Assembly (NCBI RefSeq): GCF_006345805.1
Contig: NC_043006.1
Coordinates: forward strand, 80,228,001-80,292,000
Direction: 5' to 3'
Length of the DNA: 64,000 nt
Source of the DNA: Octopus sinensis
Taxonomy: Eukaryota
In this document: in pieces, positions 37,287-52,017 of the stretch
Layout: each line of letters starts with the position of its first letter
Numbering within the stretch: position 1 is the stretch's first letter
Translations under genes and position numbers: made by a program
Notes under the pieces: generated by a model
What the model was told of the DNA's origin: nothing
Seen by the model: the letters and a program-made list of their open reading frames with translations, nothing else
The model's database searches: none

Positions 37287-37288
<2 letters not shown>

Positions 37289-37802
37289 GATGTCACCATC
37301 CTCTGGGATTATCCAGTCAACACTGACAGAACGATCAAGGCTAATCGACCAGACATAATTGTTAAAGACAGGGAAGAAAATACCTGCAGACTAATAGAAG
37401 TAAGCGTCCCCACTGATAAAAATGTATCTGTCAAGGAATTTGACAAACTTAGTAAATATAAGGACCTGGAAATCGAAATACAGAAGATGTGGAATCTTAA
37501 AACAAAAACTGTTCCTGTTATTGTAGGTGCCCTAGGTATGATAAAAAAGGGATGTCAGAAACCCCTAGACAATATCCCTGGAAAACCATGTCTCAAGGAA
37601 ATCCAAAGATTGTGCTAACAAGTACTGCCCACATCCTTAGAAAAACCCTATCAATGTAAATGTTTGTGTTTGCATTACATGGAGATATATCTCCCCAAGC
37701 TTTCAGCTATATTTCAACAACTCTTAACCTTCACTTGCCCTAGGGCGCTGGGTGTGCCCCGGCAGGTGATTGCATCAAACATGCAGATTAAAAGTAAATG
37801 AC
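37287..37802 (+). mobile_element. R4/Dong-type LINE, family C, 5'-truncated (C1)
   Basis: Near-identical to 50775-51302; flanked by (TAA)n on both sides. Confidence 0.9.
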
Positions 37803-37806
37803 AATG

Positions 37807-37846
<40 letters not shown>

Positions 37847-37847
<1 letters not shown>

Positions 37848-39909
37848 CACATAGCTGGATTAGGAAATGCCTGGAAATGTATAAGATAGCACCTACTCTG
37901 CGAAACTTCTTGACTGTAAGTATGAGATCATGGAGAACCACACTAACTCTGAACAGTGACAATGAATCCCTAAATGCTGGTGATGTAAAAATTTCGTGTG
38001 GCATTTCCAGGGTGACTCACTGTCACCACTCCTCTTTTGTTTATCCTTAATACCTCTCTCAAAGCTGCTCATGACGCGCAGTATGGGTATAAAATGTTGA
38101 TAAAAATATAATCATCTCATTTACATGGATGATTTAAAGCTTTTTGCAAAAAATGACCAACAACTCAAGGGCTTACTAGCGATAGTCAAACATTCAGTAC
38201 GACATCAGAATTCAATTCGGCCTCGATAAATGTGCAAAAGCTACCTTTATCAAGGAAAAATGACAGAAACGTCTAACGTTAACCTTGACCAGCAGAATGT
38301 CATAAAAGAACTATACCCAGCGAAGAGCTACAAGTACCTAGGGGTAATTGAAGGGAACGGAATAAGGCATTCAGAAATGAAGGAAAGGATCAGGAGAGAA
38401 TGCTATCGAAGAGTGAGAGCAATACTCAAGACAGAGCTGAATGCAAGAAACAGGATCGAAGCGATCAATGCATTAGCCATACCAGTCGTGACTTACAGTT
38501 TCAATATTGTTAACTGGTAAATTACTGAAATATATCAGCTCGACAGAAAAATAAGGAAACTGTTGACAATGCATAGAATGCACCACCCTAAGGCAGATAC
38601 AGAACGACTCTATCTGCCAAGAAAAGAGGGAGGCCGTGGTCTTTTACAACTGGCAATAACAATGAAGATTGCTACAATTGGCCTAGACACCTACCTGAAA
38701 ACTCTGAGGACTGGATGTTAAACTTGTCTCAAAACATGAAAACAAGAAAGCATCATACTCAGTCACAAACAGGCAAAGGAATATCTAAGTGAATTTCGAA
38801 TACAACCAATTTCGGAATTAGAGATAGACATACAAGAAACAAGCACAGAAAAAGCTAAGCGCATGAAAACCTGTGCTAAAACTGCGGCCTTAGATATTCT
38901 GCATAATAAATGGCAAGAAAAACCTCTCTATGGCAAATGCCCAAAGAGAGCGAATAATGCAGATATTGACAAAGCCCTGACCCATCAATGGCTAATGGCC
39001 TCTGGCTTAAAATCTGAAACAGAGGGGTTTATCATAGCAGCTCAAGATCAATGCCTACCAACAAGAAACTACCAGGCCAACATATTAAAGAACGGCAGTA
39101 GCCCAACATGTCGTGTATGCCGACAACAAAATGAAACAATTGATCATGTTGTTTCCAAATGCAGTCTTCTAGCGCCTACAGAGTACCTCAACAGGCATGA
39201 TAGAGCTGCATAATATATTCACTGGGTAATTTGCAAAAACCTGAATTTGCCCCATGAAAAAAACTGGTGGGAACACAATCCACCTCCAGTGCTTGAAAAT
39301 GACCACATCTCACTCCTCTGGAACTTCACCATTCAAACTGACAGGAAGATAGATGCAAATAGGCCAGACATCATATTGAAAGACTTCAGACAAAGAACAT
39401 GCCTCCTCATTGATATGACTGTCCCAATCGATATAAACGTATCTGTGAAGACCTACCAAAAACTGAGCAAATATAAAGATCTTGAAATAGAAATCAGCAA
39501 ATGTGGAAGCTGAAGACTAAAACAATACCTGTTGTCATAGGTGCCCTGGGAATGATAGCGAAAGGGACTAATTGCTACCTAACTCAGATACCAGGAAACC
39601 CCAAAATGGCAGAAATTCAAAAGATAGTGCTCATGGGAACTGCTCATATCCTACGCAAAATACTTCTCTATGCAATCCCAAGGTTTAAAACAAACTTTTA
39701 TTTATTTATTTATTTATTTATTTTATTTTATTTTATTTTATTCTTTTATTTTTTATTTTATTTTTATGTATTAGACATTCACTAGTACAACACCAAAAAA
39801 AAAAAAAACCCCAAATATATGGCACAGAACTTCCAACCTGTTGTCTCTTGAGGTCTCTGGGTGAGACTTGGAGCCAACTTGTACAGACATAAAGCAAAAG
39901 GCAAACATG

Positions 39910-39910
<1 letters not shown>
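37847..39910 (+). mobile_element. R4/Dong-type LINE, family B, 5'-truncated (B2)
   Basis: Near-identical to 57720-59828; RT C-half, CCHC and RLE motifs; flanked by (TAA)n. Confidence 0.9.
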
Positions 39911-39980
<70 letters not shown>

Positions 39981-40173
39981 TATACTCCAGCCAATTTTAC
40001 CGTTCAATGGACCATACACGGAATTACTCATCGGAAGAATCGAGGAATGACTTGCAACAAATCGTAGTCACTAACGTTAAATACCGATCGAAGTGGTTAG
40101 CCGTCTACTGGAACTTAACTGCGAGCAGATACTGTATCCGCCTGGATAATATATCTCCAAACTCACTTTTATA

Positions 40174-40381
40174 CAGGGTGGCCCAAAAGTAGGTTTACAG
40201 TTATCACGTACGCGCTCTAAATTTCTGTCAAAACGCTTTGTTGCATTTAAATTTATATCTTATAATTAATCAAATTAGCATAGAATAATCGTTTCATTTT
40301 GTTTATAATTAAGATCTAAACTGTTAATATATGAATGCGAAAGATATAGTTGAACTGTAAGCCTACTTTTGGGCCACCATA
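40174..40381. mobile_element. Tc1/mariner-type MITE, 208 bp
   Basis: 29-bp TIRs (CAGGGTGGCCCAAAAGTAGGTTTACAGTT / AACTGTAAGCCTACTTTTGGGCCACCATA) with TA on both sides. Confidence 0.75.
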
Positions 40382-40417
40382 TATACATAAATACATATAT
40401 GTATATGTGTATATATG

Positions 40418-40470
<53 letters not shown>

Positions 40471-40559
40471 TATATATATATAATATATATATGTATGTAT
40501 ACACGCACACACACACATATAAAATTATGTGTCTGTGTATGTGCATGAGTGGATGTTCA

Positions 40560-40593
<34 letters not shown>

Positions 40594-40779
40594 CATACAC
40601 ACACACACCACACACACATATATATATATTATATATATATATAATATATATACATACACACACACACACACATACACACACATATATATAAATATATATG
40701 TTTATATATATACACGAACACATATATTTAAAGGCATGTGCATGTGCGTGTGACTGTGTATGTGCATGAGTGGATATTC

Positions 40780-40821
<42 letters not shown>

Positions 40822-41479
40822 GTATGTATGTAGGGTGATACTTATATATTTTCAGATGTGTATGACTGTAATTGACTGATATGTACGATAAATGTTAGAT
40901 ACTGACCTGCTTCGCTTTTATCGCTGTCGTGGCTTATAACAAATAAACGAATATTCTTAAAAATTTTAAATTCAACGTGTCTCTCCTCTTTATCTATTTT
41001 CTGTATTCATCAAACTACGAAGAGCCAACTTAAATTCCCTCCTGGTATGGTATGGTTATTAGAGTTGAGGTGAAATGTTGATAAGTATCACATAGCTGTA
41101 CATATCCCGCATTCCTCCCTTTAAGTACAACTTCCCAGACTCTCTTTATAGCAACTCTCCTACTAACATATAACGTAATCAAACTAAATGCAAACAGCCT
41201 ACATCAGCGCGATCTTCTCCTTCTAATAATGTTAGCTAATATATAATGTCCGGCGTACAAAAGGAAAAAAAAGGAGAATAAAAAGAATAAAAACGATACA
41301 TCCGTCATTAAGAACATAAATAAATGCAAGCAAAAAATAATCAAGAACAACAATAATAATATTAATAACAATAGTAATTATGATAATAAAAATAAGGCCT
41401 GGCAATAAACAGTTTCCTATTAATACTATTAATAATAGATAACAATAGCCGCAAAACAAAGATACCAATAATCGTAATA

Positions 41480-41521
41480 ATGATGATGATGATGATGATG
41501 ATAATAATAATAATAATGATG

Positions 41522-41552
<31 letters not shown>

Positions 41553-41578
41553 TAACAATAATAATAATGATGATGATG

Positions 41579-41642
<64 letters not shown>

Positions 41643-41844
41643 TTTCTTTTATTGACTACAAGGGTTCAAGCCATGGAAGGCAATATCGAAGGACAAGTTA
41701 CTGTATTTCACTAGTACTTAATTTATCGACCCCGAAAAGATGATAGCCAAAGTCGACCTCGGCGAACTTGAACTCAGAGAGTAAAGACAGACGAAATGCC
41801 GCTAAGCATTTTGCCCGGCGTGCTAACGATTCTCCCAGCTCGCC

Positions 41845-41898
<54 letters not shown>

Positions 41899-41928
41899 TA
41901 ATAATAATAATATAATATAATAATAATA

Positions 41929-41967
<39 letters not shown>

Positions 41968-41980
41968 TTTATTAATAATA

Positions 41981-42011
<31 letters not shown>

Positions 42012-42036
42012 TCATAATAATAATAAAATTTTAATG

Positions 42037-42094
<58 letters not shown>
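41480..42094. repeat. (TAA)n/(TGA)n tract interrupted by a minus-strand SINE (41660-41845)
   Basis: Trinucleotide runs; the interrupting sequence matches the SINE family at 3460-4010. Confidence 0.8.
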
Positions 42095-42097
<3 letters not shown>

Positions 42098-42466
42098 AGG
42101 CAATGATAATGCTGGTAGTGGTTGTGGTACAGCCAACAATGATGGGACGTCCTCCACCGTATCTCTCCCTCTCAATGAAAGCACAGATGCAAGAATCTAA
42201 AGTAATTAGTCTTCTTTTGTTGACAGCGAGCGTTATCAATATTGATGACATTAAAGCAGAGAGCGATGTGTCATCGTAATAGATTTCATCAATGTTAAAG
42301 ACTGATGTTTGTACTTGCGGGTTTATGAGCTGTCTAACGTAAACGGTCTCTAGCGATGAAACGTTTTATGGATATGTCAGAAAAGTTCGTGACTGATAGA
42401 GGTATTTAGGTTTGTCTGTAGATTTATAAATAATGATGCATGTATGCTTACACACACACACACACA

Positions 42467-42518
<52 letters not shown>

Positions 42519-43609
42519 GCACACACTTAAAATACACATGCACGAATACATACATATACATTGGAATGCCTACACATGTACATATGCATATATGTTACTA
42601 TTGCAACAGACAAAAGTGTTCTCATGTTCCACTTGTTACTATCCGAACAGACATGAACGCTTCTGTAACTGGCTAAAATTAACAAAATTTTCAAACATTA
42701 ATTACTAATAACTTTTTTATTTATTGAGTTATAGCGTAATTACTTTCACGTCATTAATTAGCATATAAAACTGTATCACTACATTGAATATGAAATCAGT
42801 TCGAACAGAATTGATGCTGGCACCCACATAGAAAAGATCCTGAACACGCACACATACACGCACACACACACACTAACACACCCACACACACACCCACCCA
42901 CACACACAGAGGAACGGACATATACCTCCACACACAGCCCCCAAAACCACGCACATGCACATACGAACTCGCACGCACATCACACACAAAACACACAGTA
43001 CATACATGCACACACATACATACACATACATACATACATACATACATACATGTACTTCCACGCTCAATCACTCACACGTACATAAACACACACATCCCCA
43101 AATGCGCATACGAACACGTACACACATACGCACACATACATACGCTTGTACACTCATACATACACTTCAACACTCATGCACTTACTGCACACACATACAC
43201 ACACATGCCCACACACGCATGCAAGCGCACACACACACATACAGAAATAGTGAGGGAGAAAGACAGAGAGACACAGGGAGTGGGCACACACACGCACCAA
43301 TGCACATGTCTACACACACACATATACACACATTCCCACTCCGTCTACGCACACATACATAGACACACATACACACACTTACACACGCACACACTCACAT
43401 CTACACCCACCCGTTCATACACTGACTGCCTCTCAAACACCCTACCTCCGACCATCCCCTCTATGCACGTGTGCAAAAAACACAGAACTACACAAAAACA
43501 ACCATACCTGTTACCCTAGCTGCTGACCTCTTACATTAACACACACATAGATCACATACATACACACATAAACAGTTAATACCACACTCACTGCACTCGC
43601 ATACACACA

Positions 43610-44140
43610 CACGCGCATACACACACACGCACTCAGTTACTACCATACACACGCACTCAGTTACTACCACACACACGCACTCAGTTACTACCATACACAC
43701 GCACTCAGTTACTACCACACATATACACGCTACCTTATATATACACACACGGTATCACACGCATACCGCTATACATACACACGCTACTATATGAATACAC
43801 GCACTTGCTATGACGCATACACACACAGTTACCACGACGCGCACACACACACGCACGCACTCAGTTACTACCACACACACACACACACACGCTACCTTAT
43901 ATATACACACACGGTATCACACACATACCACTATACACACACACGCACTTGCTATCACGCATTCACACACAGTTACCTTCACGCGCATACACACGTACTC
44001 AGTTACTACCACACACACACACACGCTACCTTACATATGCACACACGTATCGCACATATACCACTGTACATACACACGCTACTATATAAACACACGCACT
44101 TGCTATTATGCATATATACGCGTGTCCACATACCGGCACG
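43610..44140. repeat. CA-derived minisatellite: 24-bp units plus a ~140-bp higher-order repeat
   Basis: acacacgcactcagttactacca[t/c] occurs four times at 43622-43720; acgctacctta..acggtatcac..cgcacttgctat occurs about three times. Confidence 0.75.
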
Positions 44141-44383
44141 TGCGCACAGATACCACCTTTCTTTACACTCTCCTATCATAGAAAGTGCTTTCTCTTTGTC
44201 CATCTACTTCTGGACATACCAAAATGTAACTACGTGTGGATTGTTGGCGATTTATTTTTCTTCCGTCTCCCTTTTCTTTTGGACTTTTCTCTGCCTCCTG
44301 GTTCTGAAGAAGAGCTTTGCTCGAAACCTAAAACACCCTTTCTTTCCTTCACTGAGTGTCTTATTAATACTTTGCATGTATTT

Positions 44384-44599
44384 TGATGTAATCGTGAATT
44401 GAAATATGTAAAAAGATAAAAGTTGGTTATGCGTGCATATTAAAATGTGTTTTGTATTTTTCAATGAAAAAAGTTTCTTTATTTAAACGTTCTAGTTGAG
44501 AGATTGCGTCTTTGCACTGTGAAATAGACAAACCATATCTTAATATGCACGCATAACCAACTTTTATCTTTTTACATATTTCAATTCATGATTACATCA
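44384..44599. repeat. Near-perfect 60-bp inverted repeat (fold-back)
   Basis: 44384-44443 versus 44540-44599: one mismatch in 60 bp, with a 96-bp spacer. Confidence 0.9.
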
Positions 44600-44967
44600 C
44601 TGTACATAAATCCCCTACTAAACAAGGTTTTTGAAACTTGTCTCTGTCTGTACACATATATAATCCCCACCCATTAACGAAAGCTGAACAGTTATCTCCC
44701 TTACCCACAACAATAACAATAATAACGACAACCAATTACCTCCCTTTATTTATCTACTTGTGAAGTCATTCACTCGTGGATTTCATCACACACAACATGG
44801 ATAAAATTTCCTCTTAAGAAAAATATATATTCAAATAAGTAAAACATAATATCATGAATAGCGATAGCGAAACCGGTCGATATATCAAAAATTATATTAA
44901 AACTATATAAATGTGCGTATTTTCCATTTTATAATTTCTGATATATCTATATCTATATCTATATCTA

Positions 44968-45058
<91 letters not shown>

Positions 45059-45061
45059 ATA

Positions 45062-45135
<74 letters not shown>

Positions 45136-45196
45136 ACATAATATATACATGTACACATTCATATATATAAATATAAATCTATCTATATACATATAT

Positions 45197-45239
<43 letters not shown>

Positions 45240-45535
45240 CATACATGTTTACATGTGTATGTTTATATACATGTACATATGTATGTGTATATATGTGTTT
45301 ATATAAACAAGAGCGCTTTAGCTTTTAGTTCTAGTAATATAGGTATTTCATAATATTTTAGTCACATTTAGCGGCAGTTATAATTCTCCTTTTTGGTAAA
45401 ACATTGCAAACTGCAGTTTATATTAATTTCACATATACACGGTAGCGAATTGCTAAACCATCCAATAATTTGGATGACGAAAACATAAATACTAATACCG
45501 GAGATTATCCGAAAAAAGCCGAACAATCAAGCGGG

Positions 45536-45584
45536 CTTAACTGATGAGGCAATGGAAATTGCCGAAACTGATGTCAGTATTAAG
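45536..45584 (+). ncRNA. Type I hammerhead ribozyme, canonical
   Basis: CUUAA-CUGAUGA-GGCAAU ggaa AUUGCC-GAAA-CUGA ug UCAG-UA|UUAAG. The core is perfect, with a 5-bp stem I, a 6-bp stem II with a GNRA loop and a near-palindromic stem III. Predicted cleavage is after the GUA at 45579. Confidence 0.88.
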
Positions 45585-45817
45585 AATTTTTGACCACGTG
45601 CATTTTTTTGAAAATAATCGTCCCTGTTAGTGTATATCTTCTCATTCATGTGCATTAACTACAGCATTTGAGCACTTAAGCTCTTATTTCTTGCAATGTA
45701 AGTGTTTCCCAATATCCCACTCATATTCAGTGACAACTATAATTCTCCCTTTTGGGGAAACAAGCAAACTGCTGTTTATATTATATTATATTATATTATA
45801 TTATATTATATTATATC

Positions 45818-45882
<65 letters not shown>

Positions 45883-46879
45883 GTGCACGCATATTCATAG
45901 AAATATATATGAACACATACATACATTTGTTCATATGCATATATACATATATATATGTACATAGAATGCAAGTAATGTTACGTGCGATGACGTAACATAA
46001 TAGGTACATACAAGGTTGACTTGCTGTCTCAACTCCAACTCAAACAAGCAGAGATGTTATAGCAGTCTAATAAAGCTAGGCTATCGGCAGTGTTTCCATT
46101 GAGCAGCAACGTGGATAGTATAATGAAAGTATAAATAGGCAAACAGTTGGAGTCAGGTCAGATTATGAAATTTATGTTTAAACATTGAAAAAATATGAGA
46201 ATTGAAAATCACAAGAGTTCTGATTACAAGAAGTCTTTAAAATATCGGTTGAGGAATGTTCATAATGGTTGTGATATATGTTAGTATACTCCCCGAAGTG
46301 TTATACGTTTAATCCGAATTACTAGTACAAGATATGCTACAAGCCTGGCCATCCAAAGCTGGATGAGAAGGAAACAGGGCGAAACAAGGTATAAGAGGTT
46401 ACCTGCAAACCTCCTCCCTTCCACCTTTCTTCTAATACAGTAATGGATTCATCTTTAAAAGACCAGCTTTACCTACTATCTATTGTCAATAATATGGACT
46501 ATTCCAAGACGATACAAGCATATACCATAACTGTTATAAAATTTACTCAACTGATCAATTATCGACCGCTTGTGATCTAAACTTATGTAACATTTAGTTC
46601 CACCGTCATGTTTTGCCAATGTTTAAACATATACGTCAGTCGGCCCCGATACCAGTTGCTTGTACGTTATACTTATATTCTATATAGGTACATATATGAT
46701 TTTAGTCTCGGGTCGACCAAAGCCTTGTGAGTAGACTTGCTACATGGAAACAGAAAGAAGGCCATCGTGTATATATACATATAAATCCTATCAGGTGGTG
46801 CTATTAAGTTAGACATGGCCTGGACCAATCTTTGGTCGAAACATATCTAAGTTTATATATATATATATAGATGTACACT

Positions 46880-47230
46880 TTTTTTTATTCGTTTCAGTCA
46901 CTTGATTGCAGCCATGCTGGAGCATCGCCTTTAGTCGAACAAATCGACCCCAGGCCTTATTTCTTGTAAAGCCTAGTACTTATTCTATCGTACCCTTTTA
47001 CCGAACCGCTAAGTTACGGGTGACGTAAACATACCAGCAGCGGTTGTCAACCGATGGTGGGGGGACAAACACACACATACACATATAAATGTATATACCA
47101 CAGGCTTCTTTCAGTTTCTGTCTACCATATCTACTCACAAAGCTTTTGTCGGCCCGGTGCTACGCAGTGGGACTGAACCCGGAACCATGTGATTGGCAAT
47201 CAAGCTACATACCACACAGCCACGCCTGCG
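46880..47230 (-). mobile_element. Same SINE family as 30294-30790, reverse orientation
   Basis: Reverse complement of both head and tail; a further plus-strand tail fragment follows at 47300-47480. Confidence 0.8.
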
Positions 47231-47541
47231 ACTATATATACAGTTTATATATATATATATATATATACATGCACACACACCACAAACGTGTGTTCGTGTG
47301 TGTCTACGTGTCAGTTTGTCCCCCACCACTGCAACGCAACCGGTGTTGGTGTGTTTGCGTTCCCGTAATTTCGCGGTTCAGCAGAGGAGACCGATAGAAT
47401 GAGTATCATGCCTCAATAAATAAATAAATAACCAAACACATAAATAATTAAATAAGTGGGGTCGATTTGTTCGTCTAAAATTCTTGCAGGCGTAGTGCAA
47501 TAATTGAAATAGATAAAGGAGAAAAGATATATTTACATGCA

Positions 47542-47590
<49 letters not shown>

Positions 47591-48905
47591 GTATACTCGT
47601 ATACATATACGCAATCACATCTATGTGCACGCGTATACATTTGTTGACATCCTTTTGTCTCGGGAGACAATGGAGTCGCGTATAAACTAATCCAGTCTGG
47701 TTTTTACATTTCATGTCCTCCCAGTTTTGCGCAGGCCTGGACTAGATGTAAGAAAATCCAGGGTAGCCCAGTCGTCAGGATTCCTCTCTCAACCTTGCTG
47801 ACGTAGTCCAAAGGAATGCAGAGCATTACTTTTGGCACCAGCTTGGTTGCAGGAGCTGCCAGAAGAGTACCGAATCGAACACTAAACCGCCTACGGGGCT
47901 CCAATCCGGATTTCTTTGAAGGTTGTCTCCTTTGCCCGACCCTAGATAGGGGCCCATACCGGGCACTGTCAGCCAAAGCCAGCTGAGTCCGGGACTCGTG
48001 TCAGGCAGGGTCGTCACTCCCTGAAGTAGTGAAGAAAATCACTACCCACTACCTACGCGTATACATACACACATTATAATTATACACTACAATTACAGGC
48101 GTATCGATGAAAGTAAATTATATATTCATTTTATGTTACAGAGAAAATTAAGAATTCTTTTAAATATCAGGCGAAGAAACTAAAAAACGGAAGATAAGTA
48201 GGTATACAAGCTCTTCTCGGAGTATTTAACCTGCAACACAGTTTACATTCCAGGATAGGCCTAGTTCTTTCTTTTCACTTATGCCATTCAATATCTTTGA
48301 TGACCATGCATTAGATCTTGTAATATCAGCATCATTAGACAGTAGTTGATAATAAACAACATTAACAGTCACAATAGCACCACCACCAACAACAACACGA
48401 ACACCAACACTAACAACTATAATTTTGACGTCGACACACCGAAAGAACAGCAGCGACAACAAGATCAACACAAAGGGAACGCATTCTCTTAATTGGTACT
48501 TACATGACAGAAGATTCTTGAATCACAACAAGCCAAGGAAGAATATTGAGTAAGTGTTGTTTCCGTAGTGTTGGTGCTAAGTAGGCGGAAGATGCAGCGG
48601 CGTCTTCTAAGACGCTTTGTAGGAAGTTAGTTTTTCCCTGTTTATATGCATACATACATACATACATATATATATATGCATGTATGTATATGCACATAAA
48701 TATCTACAAATATACACACGTCGTGCGCATGCACATATGCACACACACACACACGTGCGCATACACATATATGAATAAAACCTAGCGCCTGGTAGGATGA
48801 GATGACGTAATGTAGTTAGACGATCTGGTTTAGTAACGTAAGATAAATAAACCATATCGGTTACACACAAACCTTTAAGCGTTTATGTTAGCAGCGTATT
48901 ACGGA

Positions 48906-49745
<840 letters not shown>

Positions 49746-49747
<2 letters not shown>

Positions 49748-51302
49748 GCTTCTGTTAAATTATATATTGACACTACCATCAAGGAACTTGACCCACAGGA
49801 AAGTTACAAATACCTAGGAATCAACGAAGGAGATGGTATACATCATGCTACTATGAAGGAAAAAATAAGAAAGGAATACTATAGGAGAATAAGGCTTGTA
49901 CTGAAGACTGAACTCAACTCCAAAAATTGCATTGAGGCCATTAACACCCTGGCACTTCCAGTAGTCCAGTACAGTTTTAATATCATTAACTGGAACCTTA
50001 CGGAACTCCAACGCTTAGACAGGAAGACAAGAAAGTTACTGACATCCAAGAGCATGCACCACCCTAAGGCAGATGTAGACCGCTTGTACCTACCTAGAAG
50101 CAGCGGGGGGAGAGGAATGATGCAATTAGAGCTGTGCTATAAGACCTCTACTGTAGGAATGAACAGGTACCTATCTAGTACAAAGGACTGGATGCTGCAA
50201 CTTGTGTGTGAACACGAAAGCAACAAAAAGCTGCATTCTATTGTCAAGGAAGCTTATAAGTTCGAAAGGGAACTAGACATTAACCTTGAATCAGATGAAG
50301 AGCCGGAAACCACTGCTACCAAGCAAGCAAAGCGAATCAAGCAGACTGCAAAAAAGAACGGGCAGAATCAAATTGAGAGGCGGTGGAGCCAGAAGCCCCT
50401 GCATGGACAATATATTCTCCGAAGTCAAAATGCTGATGTAGACCAAGCAACAACCCATCAGTGGCTGAAGAGCTCTGGATTGAAAGCAGAGACTGAAGGT
50501 TTCATAATGGCAGCACAAGATCAAAGCTTGTTTACCAGAAATTACCAGGCTAACGTTCTCCGAAACGGTACTGACCCTAAATGCAGATTCTGCGACACAT
50601 TTGACGAAACGATAGACCATCTCGTTTCGGGATGTCCTGTGCTGACACCAAACGAATACAAAAATCGCCACGATAGGGTAGGACAGTATATACATTGGAA
50701 GATATGTAAACACTACAAATCCGACACTCCTGCTAACTGGTATGAACACCATCCTCAGCCAGTTGTTGAAGGTAAAGATGTCACCATCCTCTGGGATTTT
50801 CCAGTCAACACTGACAGAACGATCAAGGCTAATCGACCAGACATAATTGTTAAAGACAGGGAAGAAAATACCTGCAGACTAATAGAAGTAAGCGTCCCCA
50901 CTGATAAAAATGTATCTGTCAAGGAATTTGACAAACTTAGTAAATATAAGGACCTGGAAATCGAAATACAGAGGATGTGGAATCTTAAAACAAAAACTGT
51001 TCCTGTTATTGTAGGTGCCCTAGGTATGATAAAAAAGGGATGTCAGAAACACCTAGACAATATCCCTGGAAAACCATGTCTCAAGGAAATCCAAAAGATT
51101 GTGCTAACAAGTACTGCCCACATCCTTAGAAAAACCCTATCAATGTAAATGTCTGTGTTTGCATTACATGGAGATATATCTCTACTTCCCCTCCCCAAGC
51201 TTTCAGCTATATTTCAACAACTCTTAACCTTCACTTGCCCTAGGGCGCTGGGTGTGCTCCGGCAGGTGATTGCATCAAACATGCAGATTAAAAGTAAATG
51301 AC
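49746..51302 (+). mobile_element. R4/Dong-type LINE, family C, 5'-truncated with open 431-aa ORF (C2)
   Basis: ORF 49853-51148 contains RLYLPRSSGGRG, ETEGFIMAAQDQ, CRFC..ETIDHLVSGC, RHD, RPDII and KYKDLEIE. Confidence 0.92.
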
Positions 51303-51379
51303 AATGATAATAATAATAATAGTAATAGTAATAATATTAATAATAATGATAATAATAATAATAATAATTATAATAATAT

Positions 51380-51444
<65 letters not shown>

Positions 51445-51459
51445 ATAATAATAATAATA

Positions 51460-52014
<555 letters not shown>

Positions 52015-52017
52015 TAA

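Noticed and set aside
47690-48030. GC-richer block (also 2470-3000) as a gene or RNA
   Set aside because: Looks like interspersed-repeat UTR sequence, but I could not assign a family or motif.
48490-48640. Possible minus-strand exon ending in a GTAAGT donor
   Set aside because: No polypyrimidine acceptor, no recognisable peptide and no neighbouring exons.
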